Of a DNA stretch of 64,000 nucleotides, positions 37,267 to 50,100 are shown in pieces. The number at the start of each line of letters is the position of its first letter. Position 1 is the stretch's first letter. Position numbers and translations under genes: made by a program. The DNA is from Phyllobates terribilis (taxonomy: Eukaryota), in the NCBI RefSeq assembly GCF_046119375.1, contig NW_027362768.1, positions 119,350,001 to 119,414,000 of the forward strand. Reading direction: 5' to 3'. The notes under the pieces are model-generated. The model was not told the DNA's origin, did no database searches, and saw nothing but the letters and a program-made list of their open reading frames with translations.

Positions 37267-37979
37267 TTATCATTACACATTTATTTAGCAGAGGGACTTT
37301 ATCTTTAATTATTAAATTCTTCCACACTTTATGGTTGTTGCACAATTTAGTATGGAAATATTTGCCGACTGTAACTTATTTCAATATGGGATTAAATAGT
37401 CTGTGGCACTACATGTTCATCTTCACTTTTTTCTACACTTAAATTCTTTTTACTTCTTTCACATCAACTTTTGTCCATATCTCATATGCACCTATTCACA
37501 TTTTCACATTTTCCACATCCCCTTTCACTCTTGCTTCACCGTCAATATGATCCTCCCTCTGCTTCCCTCTGCGTCTCACATGGTGGAACGCACATCTCAG
37601 TGCATTTCCTGTATCTGTGGCATTACGTCATTTCCGGTTTGTGCATCTCATTTACCTTGTGACACGCATGCCGATGCCCGGCCTCTAGCGTGTGGAACGC
37701 ACACCATAGCTCATTTCCGGTGCCTAGGGCACTATGTCATTTCCGGTGCGTGCGTTCCACTGCCCTAATGAAACGCACGCCGGCACATGTCCTTTTTTTC
37801 CCCAGCTGATCTGCGCTTTTGCTAGTCGCACATTGACATGGGGAAAGGGCGATGTGGCCACATGATATGGCGCCATATCAATTACACAGCACATGTGTTA
37901 AACAGCACCCCCTTATTATTTTCTGCTTCCCCATTGGCTGGACTTCTTATAAATACCCCTCTATCTTTTCTTCTACCAT

Positions 37980-38015
37980 ATCCTTGTAAAAGCTCCGGCG
38001 AAACGCGCGTTGGAT
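37980..38015 (+). ncRNA. Minimal hammerhead-ribozyme-like motif (non-canonical core) in the Penelope 3' region
   Basis: ATCC-TTGTAAA-A-GC[TCCG]GC-GAAAC-GCGC-GTT-GGAT: stem I ATCC/GGAT, GAAA, palindromic stem III AACGCGCGTT. Confidence 0.5.
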
Positions 38016-38706
38016 CCAGGTCTCACGGGTCAGTACCAGCCTCAATATGTAACACATGCCTTATTCCTATTTATCATTCCCACTGTTATGTTATCCTGAT
38101 ATACATCTAGTACTGTGAGAAGTATACCAGCACTTGCACTTTATCACTATCTCACTTTATTACCTGCATACATAACACTTTAACATTTCATGTGGTATAT
38201 TGGTTGATGTATTCATTTTGTGCATGTCTTCTCTTGGCATTATTGATACTTTCCTTTGTGAACCTCCTTTTTTCTTTTTTGTGATTCCTTTCCCTATTCC
38301 TTTTATTTTTATTATGTATTTTTAAAATTATCACTAATAAATGTTATATTTTATATTATATTTAGTTTATGTGTCCTATATATAGGTTCTATGCTTGGCT
38401 GTTATGTTTAAGTCACTTTGTGCGCATGATTTGCGACTGTTTGACAGCTTTAATACATGTGAGGAATGCCTAAGAAACAGGGCGGTGACTCAAGCATAAC
38501 ATTTGAGCATGCTGAAGATACTCGGAAAACACCCGAGCATGCTCGTAAAACTCGAGTAACGAGCATGCTCGCTCATCACTAATTAGCATGAATACGGCTT
38601 TAAACTGGTTATTTAAAAGTTTCAAAGAACTGACTCTACTGCAACAAATGTTTAAATGGTGGGTATGGTTGGTAAACATGGTAAACTATTTTACAAACAG
38701 TTGCTT

Positions 38707-40068
38707 TTAGGGCAAATGCACACCAGCACATATTCTCTCATCCAAGAAAATTGAACCAATTATGCTAATCACACTGAGCGCACTCTGATCAGAGTGTGAT
38801 CATAGTGTGATCCGATTCTCTTTGATGAGGAGAAGATGGGGAAAAATGTCTCCATCTTCTCCTGTCAGTCCATGAAAATCAGACGGCACTCAGATGTCAT
38901 CCAAGTACAGTCCAATGTTTTACACAGACTCATTGACTTGATTGGCCGAGTGAGATCTGAATATCAGATCACACTCAGGCGTGCTGCTATTTTTCCTTGG
39001 ACCGTCTCAGACATGTGCACGGCCCCATAGAAGAACATTGGTCCAAGTGCGATGTGATGTTTTGCCGAATCGTACTCAGACCAAAAATATGGTCATGTGC
39101 AAGAGCCTTAAAGACAGTTGACAGTATTCTAAATACACCGGACCAATGTTATTCTATGGGGCCGTGCACATATCCAATTTTTTTCCTGAAAGAATCTGTC
39201 CAAGGAAAAAATCTCTTTATGCGGATTTGAATCCGATATTCCAATTGCACTTGGCCATGCAAGTCAATGAGTCCATGGAAAATATCAGACAGCACTTGAA
39301 TGACATCTTGAGTGCAGTGCAATTTTTACGGACTGACAGAATGGAGGAGATAGAGAATCGGATCACACTATTATTATTATTATGATTTATTATTATAGCG
39401 TCATTTATTCCATGGCGCTGTACATGTGAAAAAGGGGTATACATACATGAACTATTAGAAAGATCTTTAACAAAATGTGACGATGACTGGTAAAGGAGGA
39501 GCGAGGACCCTGCCCGCGAGGGGTCACAGTCCTTAAGGGATAGGTGAGGATACAGTAGGTGAGGGAAGAGCTGGTCGTACAGCAGTATGGTGGAGCAATG
39601 GTTACTGCAGGTTGTAGGCTTGTCGGAAGAGGTGGGTCTTCAGGCTCCTTTTGAAGGTTTCCACGGTAGGCGAGAGTCTGATGCTTTGGGGTAGAGAGTT
39701 CCAGAGTAGGGGGGATGCACGGGAGAAATCTTGTATGCGATTGTTGGAAGAGGAGATAAGCGGGGAGTAGAGAAGATCTTGTGAGGATTGGAGGTTGCGT
39801 GCAGGTATGTACCAGGAGACTAGGTCAGAGATATAAGGAGGAGACAGGTTGTGGATGGTTTGGTATGCCAGGGTTAGGGTTTTGAACTGGACTCTCTGGG
39901 CAATGTGGAGCTGGAGCCAGTGAAGGGATTAACAGAGGGGAGAGGCTGGGGTATAGCGTGGGGACAGTTGGATTAGTCGGGCAGTCGATCAAACTCTGAT
40001 CAGTGTGTGATTACCATAATCAGATTCTATTGGATGGGAGAAAATATGGTCGTGTGACCCCGGCCTTA
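38707..40068. mobile_element. Two adjacent T2/Kolobok-like MITEs (about 38707-39110 and 39120-40068); the second is split by an L2
   Basis: Similarity to 7291-7695 (CGGACCAATG, AGTCAATGAGTC, GATCACACT, CAAACTCTGATC); ..GAGCCTTAA and ..GGCCTTA ends. Confidence 0.6.
39373..39984 (-). mobile_element. L2-clade LINE 3' fragment
   Basis: (TTA)n tail at 39370-39395; minus-strand ORF2 C-terminus similar to 42200-42420. Confidence 0.75.
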
Positions 40069-40539
40069 CAGTTATAGACTTGCAAAACTTATTTGTGTAT
40101 CTAACAATAGTCCTTCTGTGTTTTTCTCCATAGAAATATTTAAACATTTTTTTTCTTGTATGTTTTTCATATACAGAAGATCCAGCAGGAAAATACCCTG
40201 GAAATATGTAGTATGAGTATCATTAAAAGCTATGCTATGATGTTACGACTAATTGCTAAACTCGATGTTGAATAATTGCTGCACCAGATCTACAGTATAT
40301 AGAAAGTGCATTATTCAATGTAAAATGCCATCTGGCACATATTTGGTGGTCCTGACAAATTTGACACATACATATTAATAACAATTTTATTTCTATAGCG
40401 CCAACATATTCCGCAGCACTTTACAATAAAGTGGGGATATGTACAAAAAATGAAGACAATACAAAGTAGCACCCCTCACCTTCAGAACCTCTAAACACAG
40501 AGTAAAATAGTCCAGGCTCACACCGCAAACCCGATTTCT

Positions 40540-43500
40540 CCAGCGTTGCTCTGAGAGTGCCGAACGCATATGGAGGAAAACTCGCACACTAGAAAACTTT
40601 ATCCACTATAAATTTATGTTAAAAACCTATAACTCTGCCCTTCACCCCGCCAAACAGTCCTACTTCACCACCCTGATCTCCTCAATATCCAACAACCCAA
40701 AAAACTCTTCGACACCTTTCACTCCCTCCTCAGTCCTAAAGCTCAGGCCCCTATCACGGATATTTGTGCTGAAGACCTGGCCTCCAACTTCACAGAGAAA
40801 ATAGAGAACATCCATCAGGAAATCAGCTCCCAGCCACCAAGAGCCGTGACTCCCATCCCTCCCCACAACTTCTCTGGATCACTCTCCACATTTGACCCAG
40901 TCACAGAAGAAGAAGTCTCCAGGCTCCTCTCTTCTTCTCATCCCACTACATGCACCACTGACCCCATTCCCTCATACCTACTCCAGTCTTTCTCTTCAGT
41001 CGTCACTACTCACCTAGCTAAAATCTTCAACCTTCTGGTATCTTCCCCTCCTCCTTCAAACACTCCATCATTACTCCATGATTAAAAAAGCCCTGTCTTG
41101 ACCCTTCCTGCACAAACAAATACAGACCAGTCTCCAATCTCCCTTTTATCTCTAAACTCTTGGAGCGCCTGGTCTACTCCCGCCTTACCTATTACCTCTC
41201 CATTCACTCTCTTCTAGACCCTTCACAGTCCGGCTTCCACCCCCTACATTATACTGAAACTGCAGTCGTCAAAGTAACCAATGACCTTCTGACAGCAAAA
41301 TGTAACGGTGACTACTCTCTGTTCATTTTTTTTACCTCTCTGCAGCTTTCGACACTGTTGAGCAACACCTCCTACTCTTTATGCTGCACTCAATCGGCAT
41401 AAAGGACACTGCTCTCTCCTGGTTCTCCTCCTACCTATCTGACCCCTCTTTCACTGTATCGTTCGCTGGCTCCACTTCTTCCCCCCCCTTCCTCTCACTA
41501 TTGGGGTTCCTCAGGGTTCAGTCCTTGGCTCTTTCTCTACACGGCCCCAATCGGACAGACCATCAGCAAATTTGGCTTTCAGTACCATCTTTATGCTGAT
41601 GACACACAACTATACGCCTCATCCCCTGACCTTACTCCCACTGTACTATAGAACATCCGTGATTGTCTGGCCACAGTTTCCAACATCATGTCCGCTCTTT
41701 ATCTGAAACTCAACCTTTCCAAAACTGAACTTCTTCTGCTCCCGTTGTCTACTCACCTCCCTAAATCTAACATCTTGCTCTCCATGTGTGGCACCACAAT
41801 AAAGCGCTGTTTGGGCTTTGTGTCTGACACCAATCTTTCCTTCACATTCCATATACAATCTTGCCCGCTCTTGTCGTTTGCACCTGAAGAACATCTCTAG
41901 AATTTGCCCCTTTCTCACCTTGGAAACAACAAATACCCTCACTGTTGCCCTGATCCACTCCCACCTTGACTACTGTAACTCTCTATTAATTGGCCTCCCC
42001 CTCACTCGACTTTCCCCTCTCCAGTCCATCCTTAATGCTGCAGCCAGGGTCATCTATCCGGCTAATCGTTACTCAGACGCTTTCGCCTTATACCAGTCAT
42101 TGCACTGGCTGCCCATACATTATAGGATCCAATTTAAATTGCTTGTTCTCACCCACAAAGCTCTCCACAGTGCGTCATCCCCCTACATCTCCTCCTTCAT
42201 TTCTGTTAATTGGCCTACCCGTTCTCTATGCTCCGCAAGCGTCTTTCCACTAACATCCACACTAATCCGTACCTCCCACTTCCGGCTCCAAGACTTCTCC
42301 CAAGCTGCACCTATTCTTTGGAATGCTCTTCCCCAAGAAATTAGGATGAACCACAACGTACACAGTTTTAGGTGCTCCCTAAAAACACACCTGTTTAGGG
42401 TGGCCTATCACGTTCCCTAATCAAAGTCCTTTTATATTTTTATAGCCCATTCATTATTTCTACAAACATACAGTAAGTCTCCACCAAACTCCACCGCACC
42501 CAAAAGCACTACAAATACTGGCTGATGATGAGCTCATGCAGCCTTTATCTATCCCTCATCCCCTCAAGATGGCTGGACCATCATTCTAAATACAGTGGGG
42601 GAAATAAGTATTTGATCCCTTGATGTTTTTTTAAGTTTGCCCACTGATAAAGACGTGAACAGTCCATAATTTTAAGGGTAGGTTAATTTTAACATTGAGA
42701 GATAGAATATCCCCAAAAAAATCAAGAAAATCACATTGTATAAATTAAATAAATTTATTTGCATTTGGCAGTGAAAAATAAGTATTTGATCCCTCTGGCA
42801 AACAACACTTAATACTTGGTGGCAAAACCCTTGTTGGCAAGCACAGCAGTCAGACGCTTTTTGTAGTTGATGATGAGTTTTGCGCATGTCAGGAGGAATT
42901 TCGGTCCACTCCTCTTTGCAGATCATCTCTAAATCATTAAGATTTTGAGGCTGTCGCTTGGCAACTCGGAGCTTCAACTCCCTCCATAAGTTTTCTATGG
43001 GATTAAGGTCTGGAGACTGGCTAGGCCACTCCATGATCTTACTGTGCTTCTTTTTGAGCCACTCCTTTATTGCTTTGACTGTATGTTTTGGGTCATTGTC
43101 TTGCGGGAAGACCCAGCCATGACCCATCTTCAATGCTCTTACTGACATGACCCCATCCATCTTCCCTTCAGTACGGTGCAGTCGTCATGTCCCCTTTGCA
43201 GAAAAGCATCCCCAAAGTATAATGTTTCCCCCACCATGTTTCACGGTTGGGACGATGTTCAAAGGGTTGTACTCATCCTTCTTCTTCCTCCAAACACGGC
43301 GAGTTGAATTAATGCCAAAGAGCTCAATTTTTGTCTCATCTGACTACAGCACCTTCTCCAAATAACTCGCAGAATCATCCAGATGTTCATTGGAAAACTT
43401 CAGACAAGCCTGCCCATGTGCCTTCTTGAGCAGGGGGACCTTGCGGGCACTGCAGGATTTTAAACCTTTAAGGCGAAATGTGTTACCAATGGTTTTCTTG

Positions 43501-44345
43501 CTGACTGTGGTCCCAGCTGCCTTGAGATCATTAACAAGTTCCCCCCGTGTAGTTTTAGGCTGATCTCTCGCCTTCCTCATGATCAAGTAAACCCCACAAG
43601 GTGAGATTTTGCATGGTGCCCCAGATCGATGTCGATTGACAGTCATTTTGTATTCCTTCCATTTTCTTACTATTGCACCAACAGTTGTCTCCTTCTCACC
43701 CAGCGCCTTACTTATGGTTTTGTAGCCCATTTGAGCTTTGTGCAGGTCTATGATCTTGTCCCTGATATCCTTAGAAAGCTCTTTGGTCTTGCCCATGTTG
43801 TAGAGGTTAGAGTCTGACTGATTAATTGAGTCTGTGGACAGGAGTGTTTTATACAGGTGACTATGTAAGACAGCTGTCTTTAATGCAGGTAATGAATTGA
43901 TTAGGAGCATCTAACTAGTCTGTAGGAGCCAGAACTCATAATGGTTTGTAGGGGATCAAATATTTATTTATCACTGCAAAATGCAAAAAAAATATCTAAT
44001 TTATACAATGGGATTTTCTTGATTTTTTTGGCGGGGATATTCTATCTCAATGTTAAAATTAACCTACCCTTAAAATTATAGACTGTTCATGTCATTGTCA
44101 GTGGGCAAACTTACAAAAACAGTATGGGATCAAATACCTATTTCCCCCCACTGTAAGCCCCTGTAATTTGTGTCACCCCTCCTCATTGTAGATTGTAAGC
44201 TCTTATGAGCAGGGTCGTCATTATTTTTTCTTTAATTATTATATTATCTTTAGCTATGTTACTTATGACTGTTGTATATGAACCTCTGAATTGTAAAGCG
44301 CTGCGGAATATGTTGGCACTATACAAATAAAGATTATTATTATTA
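40540..44345 (+). mobile_element. 5'-truncated L2-clade LINE, decayed, 3' UTR split by a Tc1
   Basis: [59 protein letters not shown]; tail AATAAAGATTATTATTATT at about 44325-44345. Confidence 0.88.
42593..44153 (-). mobile_element. Tc1 element with ~210-bp IR/DR-type inverted repeats; transposase disabled
   Basis: TA|CAGTGGGGGAAATAAGTATTTGATCCC ... GGGATCAAATACCTATTTCCCCCCACTG|TA; [31 protein letters not shown]; internal deletion and frameshifts. Confidence 0.92.
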
Positions 44346-45250
44346 AAGTAACACATAGTTCAACAGTTACTGGTGGAGGGAGGGCCCTGCTCACAAACTT
44401 ACAATCTATAAGGAAATAGGGGGACACAATAGGCAGAAAATGCTTGTCATGTATGGTCCAGCCATCATTATAATTAATAGGGTATTTAAAATAAATACAG
44501 GCAGGCAAATAAAAGGGACAAGATTCTGAGGAAAATTTAGAAAGAGGGAAGATGTAATAGTTAGATTAGTGTAGTGAAGTTATAGGCTTGTTTAAAGTGG
44601 TGTGTTTTTAAGGCACTTGTAAAAAAAATTGTTTGGGGCTAGGTATTAATCTGATCATTTGGGCATTCCAGAAAACTGATGCAGCACAAGAGAAGTCTTG
44701 GAGATGAAGGTAGGAGGTTCAGATTATGGAGGTTGTTAGACTTAGATAAGTTACAAAATGGAGAGAATGGATGATAGACAGAGATGAGGGAAGAGATGTA
44801 GTGTGGTGCAGAACTGTGGAGAGCTTTGTGAGAGAGAGAAATAAGTTTATATTGTAGCCTGTAGTGGATGGGTAACCAATGCAAAGACTGGCACAAGATG
44901 GAGACATCAGTGAAGCGGCTGGAAAAAGATACGACCCTGGCTGAGGAGAAAATTTGATAAGAAGGAAACCAATCAGCAGAGAATTGCAGTAGTCCAGACT
45001 AGAATGAATAAGAACGACAGCAAGAGTTTCTGAAGTTTCAAAGATGAGAACAGGTCAGATTCTGGAGATGTTTTTAAGATGCAGGTAACATGAGTGAGTG
45101 AGTGATTGAATATAGGGAATACAGGAAAGTTCCGTGTCAAATATGACCCCAAGAAAGCGAGCTTACTGCTTGGGAGTTATGGTTGAACCACCCAAGGAAA
45201 TTGCAATATTGGGCATAGGTAGGTTAGTAGAGAGAGGAAACATGAGAAGT
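44346..45250 (-). mobile_element. L2-clade LINE 3' fragment, tail-to-tail with the + strand L2
   Basis: Minus-strand CQSLHWLPIHYRLQYKL..SHKALHSSAP and L2-like 3' UTR (ATTGTAAG..GAGCAGGGCC). Confidence 0.75.
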
Positions 45251-46705
45251 TCAATTACCTATTAAAATATACATCAATGATTACTTAATATGATGGATCA
45301 AATGTGCTGTGAATACCACCACTTTCACCCAGTCGAAATGCACAAAGGTTGCAAACTGACAAAAATGATGCACAAAATATCTTTAACCCGAAATTTGTAA
45401 GCATTTTTTAAAGGATTTTGGTGATGTTTTTTCTTTCTTTTTTTTGCCACATTTACATTCAATTTTTTATTAGTGTCTTTCAGGGGGATTACTGGATCTC
45501 AATGAAGAGACCTACCTCAGTATGGAAACCTTTTCCTTTCCATGGAAAAAAAAGTCTAAAGTTGTCCATGCCATCCAAAGCAGAGAGCCATCTGTAGATA
45601 GTAATGTTTCAGGGGTTTTACTCCTCATCAGAACAGAGCAGATCACTGGCTGAATAAGAAGGGGGCTGGAGGCAAGTGCAGCTAGAAGGAAGCCCCACAT
45701 GACCGGGATTGGCCAGGAGGGTGCAATTTTTAAAACTAAGGGATCAGGATTGAGTATAAGCATGGAGGGGTGGGCATTTAAAGGGGGAAGGGGGGGAGTA
45801 TATTAAGGAAAGTGCAGGAAAATAGTCAGTCCAGCAGGGGAGTCATAAGTGAAAGTAGTGATAGTGCACAGAGTAAGAAAAATTTCCAACTTACCCATTG
45901 TTTGTGGATACTACCAGGCGTTATGGAGACGGTTGACTCCCTGATCACCAGGCTGAGAGATGCAGCAAGATCCAGGTGTGGAGGGTGGCTAGAATACCAG
46001 CTGTCCGAATTGCTGGGGAATGCCAGGGCGGAAGAATCGCCGTCGGGGTCAGGTAGAAGCACCAGGAGAACGCGGTCCCCCGAGAGGCTTTCACCAGAAA
46101 TTGCCAGCACATGCATCAGGCACAGGCTGCGGAGCCCCTCAGGGGACCCTGCGTCTGGTGAGCATGGCGGCAGGAATCCGCCTAGCCGGCCTGCGGGTGC
46201 TGCCATCAGAGTGTCGCGGTCCGTGACTGAAGTTACCCCCCCACCGGATGTGCGGCCTGCTCCTGCGGTGCGCCGCAGTAACAGAGCCAGGGCTGCGCCG
46301 GAAGCAAGGCCTGCGCTACAGCAACGTCATCAGCCGGGGGGCGGGGCCTCCCCGGAAGTGCGGCCTGTGTCACCGCCAGCGGTACACGACAGGGCTGCAC
46401 ACAAAGTGAGCGGTGGGCACAGATATCTGTCCCCTGCATCAGGAGCCAGTGCCAAATCGCGGAGCCGGGTTTCAAATAAAAAGGGGGCAAGAGGGACCGG
46501 AGGGACCAGCAGCACGGCAGGCACACCTGGCGATGTACCAGTCGGGGTGCCTGTTAGACAGAGCAGCAGGCGCAGACAGCACAGCGGATATACGGGCAGC
46601 CAGCAGCACTTTCAGGACCTGATGCCTGACTCAAGTCTTCCAACCCAGGGTAGTGGAGCAGCGTGCAGCAGCATGGAGTTGCCTGGCGGTCACCCACGAA
46701 CCACC

Positions 46706-47141
46706 TGTTAGAACCCTCCTGTTTGTTTTTTCTATCTTGTGTTTTGCGGTCACGAGACCATCTGCCTTTATATTCCAGCACCGCCCTTTAGGCTGTGCTG
46801 GACTTCAGTGTTTTACTGTTTCTCTAGCTAGGTGCTTCTGTGCCTGTATCTGTCAGTTCGTTTGGTCCTTCTGGGACCTGTAGTACTTTTTTGTCTGTTT
46901 GTCTTTTTGTGTTCTGCAACAACTTCTCTGTTTAGGAGGTGTCCCATTTTTTGTCCCAGTCTTTAGTTCTTTTAGGGACCCCTCCCCTTATGCTATAGGT
47001 CTTCGTTCAGACTAACCAAGGACTAAGGCGGGTCTGTTCGCTAGGAACAGGCAGCCCGCTACATCATAGGGATTCGGCTTAGTTTTACTGTAGGGACAGT
47101 ATTCCCTTATCTTTCCTTGGTTCATGTTGCAGATCATAACA
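46706..47141 (+). repeat. 5' LTR
   Basis: TGTTAGAACC...CAGATCATAACA; about 20 differences from the 3' LTR counted by eye. Confidence 0.95.
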
Positions 47142-47189
47142 GTAAGTCCAGCCCAAAAAAAAAAACTAATAGGAAGAAATTCGGGGATC

Positions 47190-50100
47190 AGTATGGTTTC
47201 CGTCCAGGATTTGGCTCAACACCTGCAGGGATTGTCTCTGGAGGTGGCCAAGCTGCAGCAACACGTGAGTAGCTGTTCTGAAGCGCATTTTGTGGAACCC
47301 AAGGTAGAACTCCCTGATGTTTTTTATGGTAAACAGCAAGATTTTTTTTCCTTTAAAAATGCTTGTTTGTTATATTTTCATTTGAGACCAAGGTCCTCTG
47401 GGAATGAATCACAGCGCATGGGTTTTATTATGTCACTTTTGCGCAAAGAACCACAGGGGTGGGCCTTTTCTCTCCAACCTAATGATCCATGTTTAAGGTC
47501 TGTAGAAGAATTTTTTTCTCCTATGGGGCTATTATATGATGATCCTGATCGAATCTCATCTGCTGAGGCAGAACTCAGGCGTTTGAATCAGGGGTCAGGT
47601 GATGTTGAAAATTATTGCACACACTTCAGAAGATGGGCCTCAGAAGTTAAATGGAATGATCCAGGTCTGAAATCTCTATTTTTTGCTGGTCTGAGTGAAA
47701 GGGTGAAGGATTTGCTAATTGCATTCCCCGCACCTGAGACTGCAGGATGCCATGCAATTAGCTGTTCGTGTGGATAGGAGACTGAGATTTAGACAGAATG
47801 AGGTAAAGACTCCTGCAATGGCAGGTCCTAGTCCCCAGAAAATCTGCTCTGACGGCGGAGAACCGATGGAGGTTGGGGCGAAGTCACTCCCCTCTCAGGA
47901 AAGAGACCGAAGGTTCGCCGAGGGATTGTGTCTTTATTGTGGTAAAGCTGACCATTTGATTATTGTGAGCTTTGTTTAAGTAAAGAAAAAAAAAAGGTCA
48001 GTTACACCCGTATAGCTTGTTTACTATCTGCAGGAGTATTTCTTTCTGGGAGTACTACTTTGCAGGAATATTTGATTGAATTTCAGGTATTTGTGGATTG
48101 TGGTTCAACACTTAATGTGATTGATAAAGGGTTTTTGGAAAACCTTACATTGAAATCCAAACCTTTGTCATCACCTATTTCTGTGATCGTAATTGATAAC
48201 ACTCCCTTGAAATGTATTACTCACAAGGTTGCTGCATTTCTCCTCACTATCAATGGAGTTCACCAAGAAATTTTGGACTTGGTTGTATAAGATAATTTAC
48301 CCTGTCCGGTCATTCTAGGATTGCCTTGGCTAAAATTGCACAATCCTTTGCTGGACTGGTTCACTAATGTGATTAAGTCTTGGAGTCCGAAGTGCTATGT
48401 TAAATGTTATAATGGTGCATTGCGGCTGTGGAAAAAGGGGAATTACCTGTACCTATTCAAGATTTTTGGAGGGTTTTTTCAGAGGAGGAGTCACAAGTTT
48501 TACCTCCTCATAGGGATTATGATTGCGCCATTGAGTTTGTTCCTGGAGCTACTCTTCCCAAGAGTCGCTTGTTTAATCTGACTATCCATGAAGGAAAGGC
48601 CTCGGAGGAGTACATACAGACTAGCCTGGCTGCTGGTCACATTAGACCTTCTAAGTCGCCTGTGGCAGTTGGATTTTTCTTTGTTAAAAAAAAGGACGGG
48701 GGTTTACGTCCATGTCTGGATTTTCGTGAAATTAATAAGATTACTGTACTCAATTCCTACCCATTGCCATTAATTCCTGACTTGTTTAACCAGTTGGTGG
48801 GGGCCAAGTGGTTCTCTAAAATTGATCTCCGGGGGGCATACAATTTGCTACGAGTGAAGGAGGGTGATGAATGGAAAACTGCTTTTAACACTCCGGTAGG
48901 TAATTTTGAGAATCTGGTGATGCCTTTTGGTCTTACCAATGCACCTGCATTTTTTCAGAACCTTATTAATGACATCCTGAGACCTTTGATTGGTAAGAAT
49001 GTGGTTGTATATTTGGATGAGATTTTGATTTGTTCACCAGATCTAGAGTCCCATTGGCAGAGTGTACGTGAAGTTTTGCAGTTATTGAGTGATAATTCAC
49101 TCTTTGCTAAGCTGGAGAAATGTGAGTTTGCTGTGCAGAAAATTTGTTTTTTGGGCTACATTGTCTCCAGCGAGGGCTTTGAGATGGACCCGGTGAAGGT
49201 TCAGGCTGTGCAGGAATGGCCTAGGCCTATTGGTTTGAAATCTATACAGAGATTTTTGGGTTTTGGCAATTATTATAGGAAATTCATTAAGAATTTTTCT
49301 GTAATTGTTAAGCCTCTGACCGATCTCACCAAGAAAGGTGCGAATACGGTCCAGTGGACTACTGAGGCCATTGAAGCGTTTGAGTATCTCAAAGAGAGGT
49401 TCAGTTCTGCCCCTATCCTTATGCAGCCTGATGAGACCAAGCCTTTTTTGGTCGAGGTCGATGCTTCATTGGTGGGGGTCGGAGCAGTTTTGTCTCAGGA
49501 GAACAAGGATGGAGTACATCCTTCAGCCTTCTTTTCAAAAAAAAATTTGGAAACTGAACTGAATTATGATGTTGGAAATCGGGAGTTGCTGGCTTTTAAA
49601 CTCACGTTTGAACATTGGCATCATTTTTTGGCAGGCGCTAGATTTCCTATTCAGGTTTTCACAGATCATATGAATTTGATCTATCTGGATGCTGCCAAGC
49701 GCTTGAATGCCTGTCAAGCTAGGTGGGCACTTTTTTTTCTCGGTTTCATTTTTCTGTTACCTATATCCCTAGTACTAAGAATGCTAAAGCCGATGCTTTA
49801 TCTCACAGCTTCTCTCCTATGGTCGGTGCCGAGGAGGAGGAGAGCATTTTACAAAAAGGAGTTGTGGTGGCGGCATTGGACTCCGTCTTGGAGAATGAGA
49901 TTCTGAAAGCTCGAGATGATGCTCCATCTAACACTCCCCATGGGAGGTTGTTCATGCCTAGAACCTTTAGGAGAGATTTGCTTGTGGCGTGTCATGAGTC
50001 TCAGTTGGCAGGTGATCCAGGAATTTTGGAGACTAAAAGACTCATCAGTCGCAGTTTTTGGTGGCCTGGATGGCAGAAGGAAGTCATCAAGTGGGTGCAT

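Larger units (their letters stand above)
32402..38391. mobile_element. Penelope-like retroelement as two 5'-truncated inverted (head-to-head) copies forming a ~6-kb palindrome
   Basis: 32455-35376 is the reverse complement of about 35450-38392; 14-bp flanking duplication TGCTTGGCTGTTAT at 32388-32401 and 38392-38405. Confidence 0.92.
32316..38581. mobile_element. hAT MITE (same family as 8805-9115) split by the Penelope insertion
   Basis: TAGTGATGAGCGAG...CTCGCTCATCACTA; 8-bp TSD ATTAGCAT at 32308-32315 and 38582-38589. Confidence 0.9.

Noticed and set aside
45480-45660. Apparent host exons at about 45484-45600 and 56490-56650 with similar peptides (ET.L.MET..PW.K.SKV.H)
   Set aside because: The similarity is at DNA level to a small inverted-repeat element (56535-56750), so these are repeat copies rather than exons
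45600-45900. Split direct repeats expected at Ngaro termini
   Set aside because: Only a short purine-rich resemblance (GGAGGGG..GGCATT..AAAGGG at about 45765 and 56472) was seen, not enough to define A/B repeats; the termini are left approximate
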